DNA of 64,000 bases from Octopus sinensis. Lineage: Eukaryota. The notes below the pieces were generated by a model, which worked only from the letters and a program-made list of their open reading frames with translations, did not search any database and was not told where the DNA came from. The stretch is taken from assembly GCF_006345805.1 (NCBI RefSeq), contig NC_042999.1, positions 44,206,001 to 44,270,000 on the forward strand, read 5' to 3'. This document shows, one piece after another, positions 36,517 through 49,326 of this stretch (its first letter is position 1; each line of letters opens with the position of its first letter). Both the position numbers and the translations under genes were made by a program.

Positions 36517-38357
36517 CTAAAATTCAATTTTAAAAGTGATTGCAAAAACGAAAAACAGAATTAAACCTTTAACATTCAGACTACTCTGTCAAATGTAATG
36601 TTTATATTTTTTTATCTTTTACTTGTTTTGGTCATTAGACTGTGGCCATGCTGGGGCACCGCCTTGAAGAACTTTTAAGTCAAATGTATTGACCCCAGTA
36701 CTTTTTTCTTTAAAGCCTGGTATTTATTCTGTTGATCTCTCTTGCCAAACTGCTAAGTTACGGGGACATAAACACACCTACACCGGTTGTCAAGTGGTGA
36801 TGGAGGGACAAACACAGACATAAACACAGATATATATATACATATATATGATGGGCTTCTTTCAGTTTCTGCCTACCAAATCCATTCACAAGGCTTCAGT
36901 CAGCCCAAGGTTATAGTAGATTAGCGTAGCCAGAGTGTGTGCTGTCTGGGGCAGCCCTTCTGTTTGCTGTCCCTAGACTCCATAAAAAATCACCTATGTA
37001 CCCTACAGCAGATCCATAAGTGCTGCCCAGGGTGGATGCCCCACCTCCCACCACCACCACCACCACCACTAGTGCAGCTAGTGGGAAGAGTGCATCAAAC
37101 TCAATATATTTTATTAATTTAATGTTATATAAAGCTTGTCTTTACAACTTATTGCAAATTTTAGAAACATCTATTCAGATTTTAGAATTCTCTATCTGTA
37201 CTTGTAATTAATTACTTCTTTGAAAGTCATGTCTGAAAAATTTTCTGTAAGGAATAAGACAAATTCACTGTATGGACATTGATAAAGTGTGTTATATCAG
37301 CATTAAAAAAAAAAAAAAAAATAAAAGATTTTATAAAAGCATTGAGTAGGCAAGTCTTTACTCAACATCAAACATTAAAAAAATGTGATGACGTCATTTA
37401 AAATGAAATTTCTTGCAGTGACTTTCCTTACACCAAAAATGTTTATGGTGAAATTTCCTTTAACCATTTACAATAGTACAACTGTGTTTAAACAGATATT
37501 TGAGGAAATTAAAAAATTTAAATAACAATGGTGGGTGCTTATTCTGAAACTCTTTTTTAATGTTCTATTACAGTTTTTAAGACTAATCATATTTTTAAAA
37601 TAACAGGTTTGGTAGATAAAAATGTATTTTGAAATACAGTCTTGCCATATAGCAGTAAACTTCAATGTGATCTTCCAACATCAAAATGTTCTCTACCTCT
37701 TGCCTAATATCTTAATTTTACTGCTGGTGTGTCTCTTATACTTGTTTCACTCATTGGACAGCAGCCATGCTGGGACACTGCCTTAATCGTTTAGCATTCA
37801 GATTATTCTGTCAAATGTAATGCTTATTTATCCACATTGTTTTGAATGAGTCATACATTATCTTGTAGCTTTGAGATTTTGTTGCGGTAACTTAATTTTT
37901 TGGAATGATATTGTAGGGCAGGTGTGAGAGGCTAGATCCGGCCAGTTTGAACATAAAATATGTAGAATATTTTGGCCAGATATAGCCAATTTAAATGCTA
38001 AAGTGTTTTCAAACAAATTGCTCCTAGGACTTATAATTTTTAAGTCAGGTACTTATTTATTCCATTGGTCTATTTTGCTGAATCACTAAGTAATGGGGAT
38101 GTAAACAAACCAACACTGGGTGTCAAGTGGTGATGACACAATGAACTTTCCCATAGTTACCATATACATTCATAAGGCAATAGTTATCCTGGGGCTTTAG
38201 CAGAAGACACTTGTCCAAGGCGCAGTGCAATAGGATTGAACCCAAAATCACATGAATGCAAGGTAATTTCTTAACCACTCAGCCATGCCTGCAGCTACAA
38301 ATGAAATATGTTATAAATGAAATATGTTTACAAAAAAAAAAAAGAATTATCATTTAC

Positions 38358-38657
38358 TGAATAGGAAATTTTGGTTCAATATCCCCTTCATCTTCTTCAT
38401 TTCCATCTTCAAATTCCTCATTATCTACAATCAAAACATCAGGACATTCAGCAGATTTATCTTTCAACTGTTGAGAAGGATGAACATGGTCTTTTGGTAC
38501 AAGATAACCCCATCCGTATTTATCATCGAAATGCACAGGATAACCATCCCATGTAAGACGGAGTAATTTTGGTGTGATTCGCAGTTGAGGTGTTATTAGT
38601 GATGGTCCTGCTTCCCAGGCGGGCGCATTCATTCGAGGACAAAGTTTCCGATACCAC
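38358..38657 (-). CDS. POLG: POLG exon 9 ([55 protein letters not shown]...KFPI-Q)
   Basis: 300 nt, mostly within ORF 38354..38632. WYRKLC, PKLxxLTWDGxP and GWGYLVP motifs. Confidence 0.97.
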
Positions 38658-40753
38658 CTATGAGAACAGAAAAATAAAGCTTAATTACACGAACAATTCA
38701 ACTGAGGGGAAATACCTCATGGGAACATATTGCTTACTCAATGCAAATACAGTAGGGTCTCATATTCAATATTGAGCTGAAAAATTATAACTAATCAAGA
38801 TTATCCAAGTAATTACTAGACAAAAGCTCCCTCAAGAAAGTTTTAAATCTCAATTCACTTGTTGCTTCTACTACTTCCTCTACAAATGTTTAACCTTTTC
38901 ACAGTGAAATTAAATTTCATGTTATTCCAGTAATTAAGTTACATCACCATGATGATGATGATCATCATTTAGCATTCGTTTTCTATGCTGGCATGGGTTG
39001 GATAGTCTAACTGGAATTGGTAAGCCAGAGAGCTGCACCAGGCACCAGTCTGTTTTGGTTTGGTTTCTACAGCTGGATACCCCCACTAATGCCAACAACT
39101 CCATAGAGTGTAAATATCTACCAAAAAATAAAATTGTTTTTTTTCTGCAGGTCACTGTTGCCTCAATAAACTTGACAGATCTCATATTGAGGATAAAGAA
39201 AAAAGGTTCTTTACTTCTAAAAAGTTTCTGAGCCTTTACAAAACATTAATATTATCACCATTTATTAGAATGTTAATAATTATTGGAACTATTCATCTTT
39301 TCCAGTAATCCTTTCTAAAGATTTTAACACACTTAGTTAAAAGTTTAAAATAAATATCAAAGAAGAGATTAACAAATTCCAGCCCCATCAGTTGTTGAGT
39401 CCAAAGCTCAAGGGTGATCCACGATGGATATACACTTCCCACATCTAGGAGAAAACTGTTGCTGCTACAACCACATACATCCTAGATGATGTCCAAAAGA
39501 AAATAATCATCATCATTTAAATGTCTATTTTTTTTCATGGTGGCAAAGGTTGGATGACTTGACAGGAGCTGACCAGACCAAGGAGCACACCAGGTCCCAT
39601 TGTCTGTTTTGACTTGGTTTCTACAGTTGGATGCCTTTCCTATCACCAACCACTTTAGAGTGTACTAGGTGCTTTTTACATGGCACCAAAACCAATGCTT
39701 TTTATGTGGCACCATCCCCAATGCTTTTATGTGACATGATCATACCCAAGTAATTGGTATGGAGTCACTCATCAATCTCTAACCAAATACATAATCAAAG
39801 GATCAAAGGTTCTTCCTGAGCCATAGACTCATAAGGCTGGTTTCCTGGATTGCATGGCATATATACTCTTTCCCTGGATGGGATGCCAGTCCCTCACAGG
39901 GTTACTCACTTTTACCAACTGAAAGGATTGGAGCAACAGGAAATGAAGTGTTTTGCTCAAGAATACAATACATCACCCAATCCTTGAATCAAAAAGCAAT
40001 CTTATGATCATGAGTACAACACCCTAACCACTAAGCCATGTGCCTCCATATGATCTCTACATTGTCTTTTTTACCACTACAACAGTGGATACAACATGGT
40101 TAAATGAAGAAAAACTTTCATTCACAATCCTAAGGTCCCAGGCTCAATTCCACCATGTGCCATCTTAGGCAAGTGTCTTTTACCATAGCTTTGGGTTGAT
40201 CTTAGACTTGTGAGTGAAATTGAGTAAATGGAAACTGTACAGAAGCCTGATAAAAAGATTGTACACGGATTCCACCTGAGAATTACACTAAGGATTCATA
40301 TTGTCTGAGGAATACTCAGCCACTTATACACTAATTCAAAGAAAAAATAGATTAGTTTGATCAAACAAGTGAATACTCATCACCAAAATCAACAAAGTTC
40401 TGTTCATTCATTTTACAATGACATCTGCTCCTCAGAGTTAGTTGGTTTTCTCCCACACAAAACACCCATCTCCCTTCTCTTCATTACCTATGCTGTACCT
40501 CCTCCCCCTCAGTCATTATACTAACCACTATATTGTCAATCCTTTCAACATACAGTATCAATTTTCCAGAATTCCCCCTCTTCCTGGAATCATCAACTTT
40601 CATTTGTTCAAAATGAACACCAACCACATGAATCTTATCAATCATGGAAGGCCATACAAATGTCATTAAGTGGAATCTCCTCTTTTTGTCTAAACAATTA
40701 ACACATTATTAAATAATCAAATACTTCATGAGCAGAATTCAGCTTTACACACA

Positions 40754-41243
40754 GCATATAACCCCTCGTAACTTTTTTTTATTTTTGAAATAAATTTCAG
40801 AAAATTTTTACAAATTTGTGTTCCACACACTGGAATTCATACAACTATGCAAAAAGAAAAAAAAAGAAAATTTTTTAAAATTTTATATTATGATGAGTTA
40901 AGAGGTGTTTAGCTGTCATTTTTAGCACATCTCATGACCACCTTATAGTGTCCTCAATTTGTTTGTCACTGACGTATTGAGGTTTTTCAATATCTTTCTC
41001 CCCATAAACACATTTAATGGTCAATTGCTAGTATTTAAGCCAAAAATTCAAACTGTATTTTAACCTACTATTTTAAAAATAAAAAAACATCCGAAAAATT
41101 AAAAGTATTTTTTTTTTTATTTTGTAAAATTAAAAATTGGGGGGGGGGGTGCATAGTCGTATGAATTCCTGTATGTAGAACACAGATTCTGAAACATTTT
41201 CTGGAAATTCCCCAAAATCAAAAACTTATGAGGGATTATATGC
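40754..41243. mobile_element. MITE/foldback element with ~100-bp imperfect terminal inverted repeats
   Basis: 40757-40850 is the imperfect reverse complement of 41148-41240. Confidence 0.7.
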
Positions 41244-41304
41244 CACACATAAAGCAGAATACTGTCATTTCATGTTTAAAAAAATAATTTCAAAATTATC
41301 TTAC

Positions 41305-41423
41305 TCAGGATATCCTGGTTTGTGAGCGGGCCGTTTGTACAAAGAAGAGGCTGTTAAGAGGATTTTCTGAAACACAGTTTCAAATTCATCATCTGACTCA
41401 TCAAGACTAACTGAAACTTTTTT
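41305..41423 (-). CDS. POLG: POLG exon 8 (KKVSVSLDESDDEFETVFQKILLTASSLYKRPAHKPGYP-E; spacer)
   Basis: 119 nt, phase 0-2, KRPxHxPGxP motif, AG/GT flanks. Confidence 0.92.
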
Positions 41424-41554
41424 CTAAAAAAGAGAAAAACAAAGAATTAATGTGTAAACAATGCAACAAATGGCAAAATAAAGCTAATAAATTAGTCATA
41501 AAAAGCAAATATATCTTTATGGAAAACAGACGTTAAATAAATGATGATGATGAT

Positions 41555-41935
41555 GTTTCAGTCATTAGACTGTGGTCGTGCTGGGGCAACACCTAGAAGA
41601 ATTTGGAGTCAAATGTATTGGCAGTAGTACTATTATTTTCTCTTTAAGCCTGATACTTATTCTATCAGTCTCTTTTGCCAAACTGCTAAGTTACAGGGCC
41701 ATAAGCACACCAGCACCAGTTGTTAAGCAATGGGGAAGGGGAACAAACACAAACACACATAAATATATACATATATACGATGGGCACTTTTCAGTTTCTG
41801 TCTACCAAATCCACTCACAAGTCTTTGGTCAGCCTGAGGCTATAGTAGAAGACACTTGCCCAAGGTGCCATGCAGTGGGACTGAACCTCGAACCATATGG
41901 TTGAGAAGCAAACTTCATACCACACAGTTATGACT
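41555..41935 (-). mobile_element. Family A SINE
   Basis: Reverse complement of the family A structure. Confidence 0.85.
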
Positions 41936-41937
41936 GA

Positions 41938-41976
41938 CTATATTTATATTTATATTATATATATATATATATTATA

Positions 41977-42038
<62 letters not shown>
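41938..42038. repeat. Long (TA)n microsatellite; others lie at about 22215-22245 and 32178-32218
   Basis: Seen directly in the sequence. Confidence 0.95.
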
Positions 42039-42041
<3 letters not shown>

Positions 42042-42059
42042 CATTTAATGTCCATTTTC

Positions 42060-42525
42060 CATGCTGTCTGTGATATTGCTGCACCTCTTATGTGCCCATA
42101 GTTTGCACTGGGTACATCTGGAGTTTCTACCTATGCCTTTTCTACATATCGAGCAGGGTCATCTACCTGAAGGGATATGTGATTTGTCCGCTTTACTACT
42201 TTGGTTTATGCTAAATTAACTCTAAAGCCCTTTGATTCTAGACCTTGTTTCTACACCTGAAATTTCTTCTTGAACAAAAGGGAGCTGAGGACTGATTCTT
42301 GGTGAACTCTGACATGCATCCTAAATTCATTGCTATACTCATTGACAACCCTCACCTGACAGCATCCCTGCACATGGCTTGTACAGTTCTCACCAACCAC
42401 TCATCTATTCCTAGTTTCCACATTGACCACCAGATAAGGGAGCAGGGGACCTTGTCAAAGGCTTTCTCCATGTCAACAAAAGCCAAGTACACAGGTTTAT
42501 TTTTGACAAGGCACAAACAAGACTG
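42060..42525 (-). mobile_element. LINE reverse transcriptase fragment with a Cys-rich PHD-like finger
   Basis: LAFVDMEKAFDKVP..VHQESVLS..LF, followed by PCSICRKGIG..C..CKLWAHKRC. Confidence 0.82.
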
Positions 42526-42574
42526 TATGAGTAAGAAGCTTGCTTCTAAACCATGTGATCATAGGTTCAGTCGA

Positions 42575-42956
42575 ACTCTCTCTTTACTCTTTTACTTGTT
42601 TCAATCATTTAGCTGCGGCCATGCTGGAGCACTGCCTTCAGTTGAGCAAATCGACCCCAGGACTTATTCTTTGTAAGCCTAGTACTTATTCTATCGGTCT
42701 CTTTTGCCAAACTGCTAAGTTATGGGGACGTAAACACACCAGCATTGGTTGTCAAGCGATGTTGGGGGGGACAAACACGCATACATATATACGACGAGCT
42801 TTTTTCAGTTTCCGTCTACCAAATCCACTCACAAGGCTTTGGTCGGCCCAAGGCTATAATAGAATACACTTGCCCAAGGTGCCACACAGTGGGACTGAAC
42901 CCGGAATCATGTGGTTGGTAAGCAAGCTATTTACCACACAGCCACTCCCGCGTCCA
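42575..42956 (-). mobile_element. Family A SINE inserted antisense into another family A copy (host head 42527-42572, host body 42957-43270)
   Basis: The host SINE is interrupted just after its B-box. Confidence 0.8.
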
Positions 42957-43907
42957 TGTGTGACATTTTGGGCAATTATCTTCTACTATAGCACTGGGCC
43001 AACCAAAGCCATGTGAGTGGATTTGGTAGATGGAAACTGAAAGACAACTGTTGCATATACATATGTGCATGTGTGTGTGTATGTGTGTGTACAGGGGTGT
43101 CCTTTTGTCCCCCTGCCCCACTGCTAAACAACCAGTGTTGGTTTGTTTACATCCCTATAACATTGTGTTTTGGCAAAGCAACCCAATAGAATAAATATTA
43201 GACCTTTCAAAGTGGTGCCCCAATATCACCACACCTCAATGACTGAAACGAGTAAATGATAAAAGATAAAACAAATAACAACTCTGGAAATTTATAAGAT
43301 TGTCTTAAGAGAGAAGAGAAAGTCTGATGACAAAAAAAAAACTCCAACACCAAAGCTTGAATGCATTAATTCTCTTCTGGTCAGCTTTCTTTAGTGTCCA
43401 GGTCTCACATCCATATGTTGCTATTGGGAAAACAATTGCATTTGGTAGCGAGTCTAATGTCTCTACTCTTCCAGACCCTGCTCATGCTGACCATTGCCTC
43501 TCTGCCTATTACTATCCGCCGTCTTATTTCTGGAGTGCAGTCACCATCTCAATTTATTTTGGAGCCAATGAAGATGAAATCATCAACCATTTCGATCTCT
43601 TCATTATTGATCTTGATGCTGATGTATACATACATATATATATATATATATATACACACACGATGGGCTTCTTTCAGTTTCCATCTACTTTCTGCACCTA
43701 TACTTAACTATACAACCATATCTGTGCCTTATATATCTTTTATCTGTTTTAGTCATTAGGATGCAGCCATGCTGGGGCTCTGCCTTGAAGAATTTCTTTT
43801 AGCTGAATGAATCGACCCCAGTCCTTATTTGTTTTTAAAGCCTGGTACTTATTCTAACGATCTCTTTTGCCAAACCACTAAGTTTTATATATATGAAAAT
43901 TACTTAC

Positions 43908-43983
43908 CTTAGCTGGAAGTTTCTTCGTTTTAAATTTTGCAACAGACCAGTCTAAATCCCACAGCCAAACATCATCTTTATAT
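43908..43983 (-). CDS. POLG: POLG exon 7 (R-YKDDVWLWDLDWSVAKFKTKKLPAK)
   Basis: 76 nt, WLWDLxW motif, donor GTAAGT. Confidence 0.95.
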
Positions 43984-44742
43984 CTATATTAATGAAAGGA
44001 GATAAAAAACAAAATTTACAAACTTACGTAGCAATGTAAAGTTGTGTGACTTAAACCAATATTCAGTTTAACATAACTACAAGGCAATAGGGTGCCTTTA
44101 ATTGCATTTACTCTATTGCAAGAACTTGGGGTAGATTTTCAATCTAAAAGTAACTCTCTGTTTTACCCATCAGTTTCAGACGTCTTGGAAAAATTCATGG
44201 GTGCTGCCTTCCACCTTTACTGACTATATTCATCATCATCATCGTTTAATGTCCGTTTTCCATGCTAGCATGGGTTGGACGGTTCGACTAGGGTCTGGGA
44301 AGTCAGGAGGCTGCACCAAGCAGTATTTCTACAGCTGGATGCCCTTCCTAACGCCAACCACTCCGTGAGTGTAGTGGGTGCTTTTTATGTGCCACTGGCA
44401 CAGGTGCCAGGGGGAGGGCTGGCAGCGGCCACAATCGGTTGGTGCTTTTAACATGCCACCAGCACAGAAGCCAGTCAAGGCTTTTTCTCTTTTACGTGCT
44501 ACCGGCACAGGTATCACTGTTTAGGTAATTCTCTGCTGAGTCTTCCAGAGATGCTTCCAGCCACCTCAGTCCTCCATACATCTTGTTAACTTGTCAGGAG
44601 TTTCCAGTACTACATCTTCCTTTAGAGTAGTCACGGGAAAACTGCAACCTGGGGGGCATGTGTAACAACTAACTTGAAATTTTTTTTAGTAATGCAGCCC
44701 ACCTGCTGATAAGACGTGTCTCATGCAGGTCACCGAAAAGGC

Positions 44743-45155
44743 TTACTCTTTTACTTGTTCCAGTCATTTGACTGTGGCCATGCTGGAGCACCGCCTTTAG
44801 GCGAGCAAATCGACCCCAGGACTTATTCTCTGTAAGCCTAGTACTTATTCTATCAGTCACTTTTGCCGAACCGCTAAGTTACGGGGACGTAAACATACCA
44901 GCATTGGTTGTCAAGCGATGTTGGGGGGGACAAACACAGATACTCAAACATATACACACACACACACATACATATATATATATACATCTATACGATGGGC
45001 TTCTTTCAGTTTCCGTCTACCAAATCTACTCACAAGGCTTTGTCAGCCTGAGGCTATAGTGGAAGACACTTGCCCAAGATGCCATGCAGTGGGACTGAAC
45101 CCTGAACCATGTGGTTCGTAAGCAAGCTACTTACCACACAGCCACTCCTATGCCT
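44743..45155 (-). mobile_element. Family A SINE, full length
   Basis: Reverse complement of the family A structure. Confidence 0.9.
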
Positions 45156-45179
45156 ATATAGATATATTGGGGTTGTCCA

Positions 45180-45400
45180 AGCCTGCTTTAGAACATCCAT
45201 ATATGTAAGCATGGAATGCTCTTTCCTTTGACATTTTGTTGGTTTCCATAGCACCAGCTGTCAGTCAGGCTGGAAACTCCAGATGTCTCTGACATTAACA
45301 ACATAGCCTTATTCTTCTGATAGTTTTTTTCATTCAAACCTAGCAACCTCCTATACATACAATTGTTACTAACATGCTTTGACAAAGACAGGTTTTAAAA
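45180..45400 (-). mobile_element. Decayed fragment of the same RTE-like family
   Basis: LVLWKPT..TYMDVLKQ motif. Confidence 0.45.
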
Positions 45401-46091
45401 AATTACAATAGTTAAATTCGGGTGAACATGTAGAAAGCATAAAAAATCTGACAAGAAATAAATACGTAGATAGAAAACAAACAATATGAATCTATTATTA
45501 ATTATATTTGTATTTTTCCAGCAAGTAGGGATGACAACTCCAGCTATGTTTTATTCTTATTCTGACCTTCTCTGCAAAGCATAACATTTATTTATTTGCA
45601 TTAAACCTGTTAACACCTAAGCGCCTACTACTTTTCATGTAGGTACAATCTTTAAATTACAACTTTTATACCATTAACCTTGTTTAAAAAACCACCACCA
45701 CCAATACCAACCACCATAACAAGAGAATGAATGAGCCTCTTGTTGATCGCTCAACCTACTAGAAATAGCAGTCAAATCTCACTCCTATCAGATCCTACTG
45801 CCTGAGAGAAAACTGAGTGAACAAGGGAGACTTTACGTGGTTGCTCAATCTGCTAGAAACAATAACCAAATCTCTCTCCTATCACACTTGACTGTCTTTA
45901 AAAAAAAAACACACATTTGGTGTTAGACTGACAAGAAAACACCTTTGATCATGAGTGACTCAAGGTTAAATAACAACAAAGTCAAAGTGGATAATGTAGT
46001 TTTAGATGGGCATAGGCAACCTTCTTCAAGAAGTCAAGAAGTGAGCCACATGAAACATGGCTGAGCATTAGGTGGGCCACACTATTAAAGA

Positions 46092-46408
46092 TGTAACAGG
46101 ATCTGGTATCGGTATCACTGAAAGGGTGTCAATCCGATCCCGTCACATACAATTTAGTTAGATATAACAGACGAAGTCAGGTTATCGGTGAAAGACAGCA
46201 GTTTGTTTATTAATTGCGATGGTGTATGTATATCTGATGGGAAAACGACAGCCGAATCTGTTGTACAGCTTCTTGTTCGTTGGTTGAAGTGGTTCGATGT
46301 CGTCCGCGGCTAAGTCGCACATGCGCATGGGGAAGACTTCCGGTGGCCACCCGGAAGTAGTCCCATTCTGCGCATGCGCGCTGAACCTTACACAGTAGCA
46401 TCACTACA
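46092..46408 (-). mobile_element. Solo-LTR-like, CpG-rich segment
   Basis: TG...CA ends, an internal AATAAA on the - strand, and an abrupt GC/CpG-rich island. No TSD found. Confidence 0.5.
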
Positions 46409-46690
46409 TGGATATTCAAAGTAATTTTATGTTTACATGCCAATCATAAAGTCTCAGGAGCTGCAGTTTGCTCATGACTGTTCTAGATATATAAACTTGA
46501 AAATATATAATATGGATGGTCATTGCTAGAATATCAGAACTGAGGAGGGGGCTAAACAACAGCATCCATAAGAAGAAACACCAAAACATAGCCAAACAAA
46601 TCTAAAGATATAGTTTTCAATCACACAACTTTGTTGACTTAACATTTTTTTAAAAAACAGATTATAAAAAAACAAAAGAAGATAAATAAC

Positions 46691-46873
46691 CTATTATTAT
46701 GCAAAAGTTCACAAGCTGTATCGGCCAGCTGGATTAACAACAATTTCAGTTCTCTCTGGTAATCATTATAGCTATCATTAGCTCTCTGTTTGTAGAGTTC
46801 CCAGTTTTGATTAATTGGCAGGTAGGCATTGCCCATCTCCAGCATACCAGATAATGTAACAGGATGAGGAAAC
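46691..46873 (-). CDS. POLG: POLG exon 6 (R-FPHPVTLSGMLEMGNAYLPINQNW...LLHNN-R)
   Basis: 183 nt within ORF 46639..46845, PHPVTLxGMLEMG motif. Confidence 0.97.
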
Positions 46874-47465
46874 CTAATAAAAGAAGAAAGTGGTTGTTAA
46901 ATTATGTACATTTTGTCAGTTGTAAAGCTGATTTCTTTTTATCTTCTACTTTTTTCAGTCACTGGGCTATGGCCATACCGGAGCACTACCTTGAAAGCCT
47001 TAGTTGAACAAATCAACCCATATACCTATTTTTAAGTCCGGGACTTATTATATCATTCTCTTTTGCAGAACTGCTAATTCATGAGGATGTAAACAAACCA
47101 ACACCAGTTGTCAAGCAGTGTGTATATGGGGAGTGGGGTTACAAAAATGCACAGATCAATAGTATAAGTACCAGACTTTAATATAAATAAGTACTGAGGT
47201 AGATTTGTTAGACTAAAACTCTTCAAGGCAGTGCCCCAGCATGGCCACAGTCCAATGACTGACAGAAAAGGCGGTGAAGAGGTAGTGCCATTACAGCATG
47301 GTTAGAATACTTCATGGTATTTGTTTCAACAGTCTACACTCTGGGTTCAAATCCTGCTATGATCAACTTTGCTTTTCATCCTTTCAGAGCCATTATAAAA
47401 AAAAGCACCAATTAGGGCAGCAGATTTGTAGAACTGTTAAAGGGTCAGGCAAGATTTCTGAGTCT

Positions 47466-47826
47466 TGTAATGAAATCAGCGACAACGGTGCCAAGCTTTA
47501 TTGGTCTGAGTGAACAGCATTTTCATTGGATAAACATCAGTGGTGTAGAGAGTGTGGGATGACAGCAGCTGGGGAGCAGACCAGAACTTGGGGCTGACCA
47601 GAAGGGGCAGCAGTGACGTGCGCGCAGGGGGGCAGGATTCTGCTTTTTCGAGGCAGGTCGCCGAGCGGGTAAGACGGCGTCAGCACGTTGTTAAGGTTGG
47701 GAGAAGTAGCTGCTATTTCTAGCGTTTGGGTCGGGCTGTGTTGAAGGATCCATTACCGCTGAAGGGTCTCCATCTGACCGAAGAGAAGGTAGGTGCCTTT
47801 ATTTTGAATCTCTCGCATACACCACA
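47466..47826 (-). mobile_element. Second solo-LTR-like GC-rich segment
   Basis: TG...CA ends, with AATAAA about 30 nt before the 3' end on the - strand. No TSD found. Confidence 0.45.
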
Positions 47827-48449
47827 GAGAGCAGATACCTGATGCATGGGTAACTTCCAGTCTACTTCAAAAGAAACTTGCCCAAACCCACACATACATG
47901 TGCAGATGCATGATCAGCCTTGACTGAAAGAGAGTCCTTAAATTTTCCAAAGCAACACAAATTAAATATTACACGTTAAAAAACAGAAAAGCAACTCATC
48001 CAATACAGTTTATAAATAACTAATGATACAAAGTTATACAAAAGTCCTTTTAGCATTTAAATAGTTTTATCTTTTACTTGTTTCAGACATTGGACTACAG
48101 CCATGTTGGAGCACTGCCTTGAAGGGCTTAGTCTAGCAAATCAACCCCACAATTTATTGTTAAGTCTGACACTCATTCTACTGGTTCCTTCTGCCGAACT
48201 GCTAATGTTATGAGGATATAAATAAACGAACACGATCGGCAGATAGTAATTGGGGTGACAAGTACACACACAACAGGCTTGCATACAGTTTCCATCTACC
48301 AAACCAACTTACTCACAAGGCATTGGTCAGCTTGAGGCTATAGTAGAACACACTTGACCGAAATTCTATTTATAGTTTGTTACAATTTTATTTCTTTATA
48401 TATAAATAATTTTAAATACTATCTTGTGGTAAATATTTATATATATATA

Positions 48450-48790
48450 GAGTCGTCCCACAGATAATGCAGGTTTTTCAATTGCATGAACTAAAAGTCA
48501 TAGAGGGATGGGATAAACGACTTGCATCAACTGGCTATAAAAGCAGGTAGTAATTTTACCTTGTACTTATTCTTAGTGCAAGTTTTGAAGAGTGCATTTC
48601 AATTTTAACAGTTATTTTTTTCAAAGCTATAATAGATGTAACAAAGGAGCATATTCAGCATATTTTGCTTTATGAGATCAATAAAGGCAACAGTGCAACG
48701 GAAAGTGGGGGGAATATTAATATATACGGGGATCAGACAAGAAGCGTAAGGCAGTGTCAATGGTGGCTCGAGAAGTTGAGCCTCGTCCTG
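48450..48790 (+). mobile_element. Mariner 5' relic, truncated by a SINE
   Basis: Translates as MDVTKEHIQHILLYEINKGNSATES..NI..YG..SVRQCQWW, an HTH domain of mariner type. Confidence 0.75.
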
Positions 48791-48812
48791 GAAGATCTGG
48801 AAAGCTTGACAC

Positions 48813-48885
48813 CTTCTACTATAGCCTCAGGCCGACCAAAGCCTTGTGAATGGATTTGGTAGATGGAAACTGAAAGAAGCCTGTC

Positions 48886-48926
<41 letters not shown>

Positions 48927-49115
48927 TAGTCCCCCCAACATTGCTTGACAACTGATACTGGTGTGTTTACGTCCCCGTAACTTAGCGGTTTGGCAAGAGA
49001 GACCGTTAGAATAAGTACTAGGCTTACAAAGGATGAGTCCTGGGGTCAATTTGCTCGACTAAAGGTGGTGCTCCAGCATGGCCGCAGTCAAATGACTGAA
49101 ACAAATAAAAGAATA
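48813..49115 (+). mobile_element. Family A SINE, 5'-truncated
   Basis: Body and tail of family A. Confidence 0.85.
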
Positions 49116-49246
49116 AAAATGAATGAGTGGACAATTCCTGATGAAAGATTTTAGAAGATATTTTAAATAATTTTTGCTGTAGAAGGAAAATCTATAAGTG
49201 AACACTTTTACGCAAGGTGCAAAAACAAAATTCTTTTTGTACTAAC

Positions 49247-49326
49247 CGGCTAAGAAATTTGGGCCAAAGTTCTGTGAAAACATCATGTGTAGCAATAACA
49301 TCTTTGGAACAATATGACATCAAGCT
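49247..49326 (-). CDS. POLG: POLG exon 5 (SLMSYCSKDVIATHDVFTELWPKFLS-R; Exo III)
   Basis: 80 nt, LMxYCxxDV motif, acceptor ttctag, donor GTTAGT. Confidence 0.96.

Noticed and set aside
42299-43759. Cluster of 120-160-aa ORFs
   Set aside because: They are antisense or out-of-frame readings of SINE and LINE sequence, and the same peptides recur at every SINE copy.
45188-45385. ORF considered as an extra POLG exon
   Set aside because: Exons 6 and 7 already join in phase (AG|A = Arg), and the peptide matches a decayed LINE instead.
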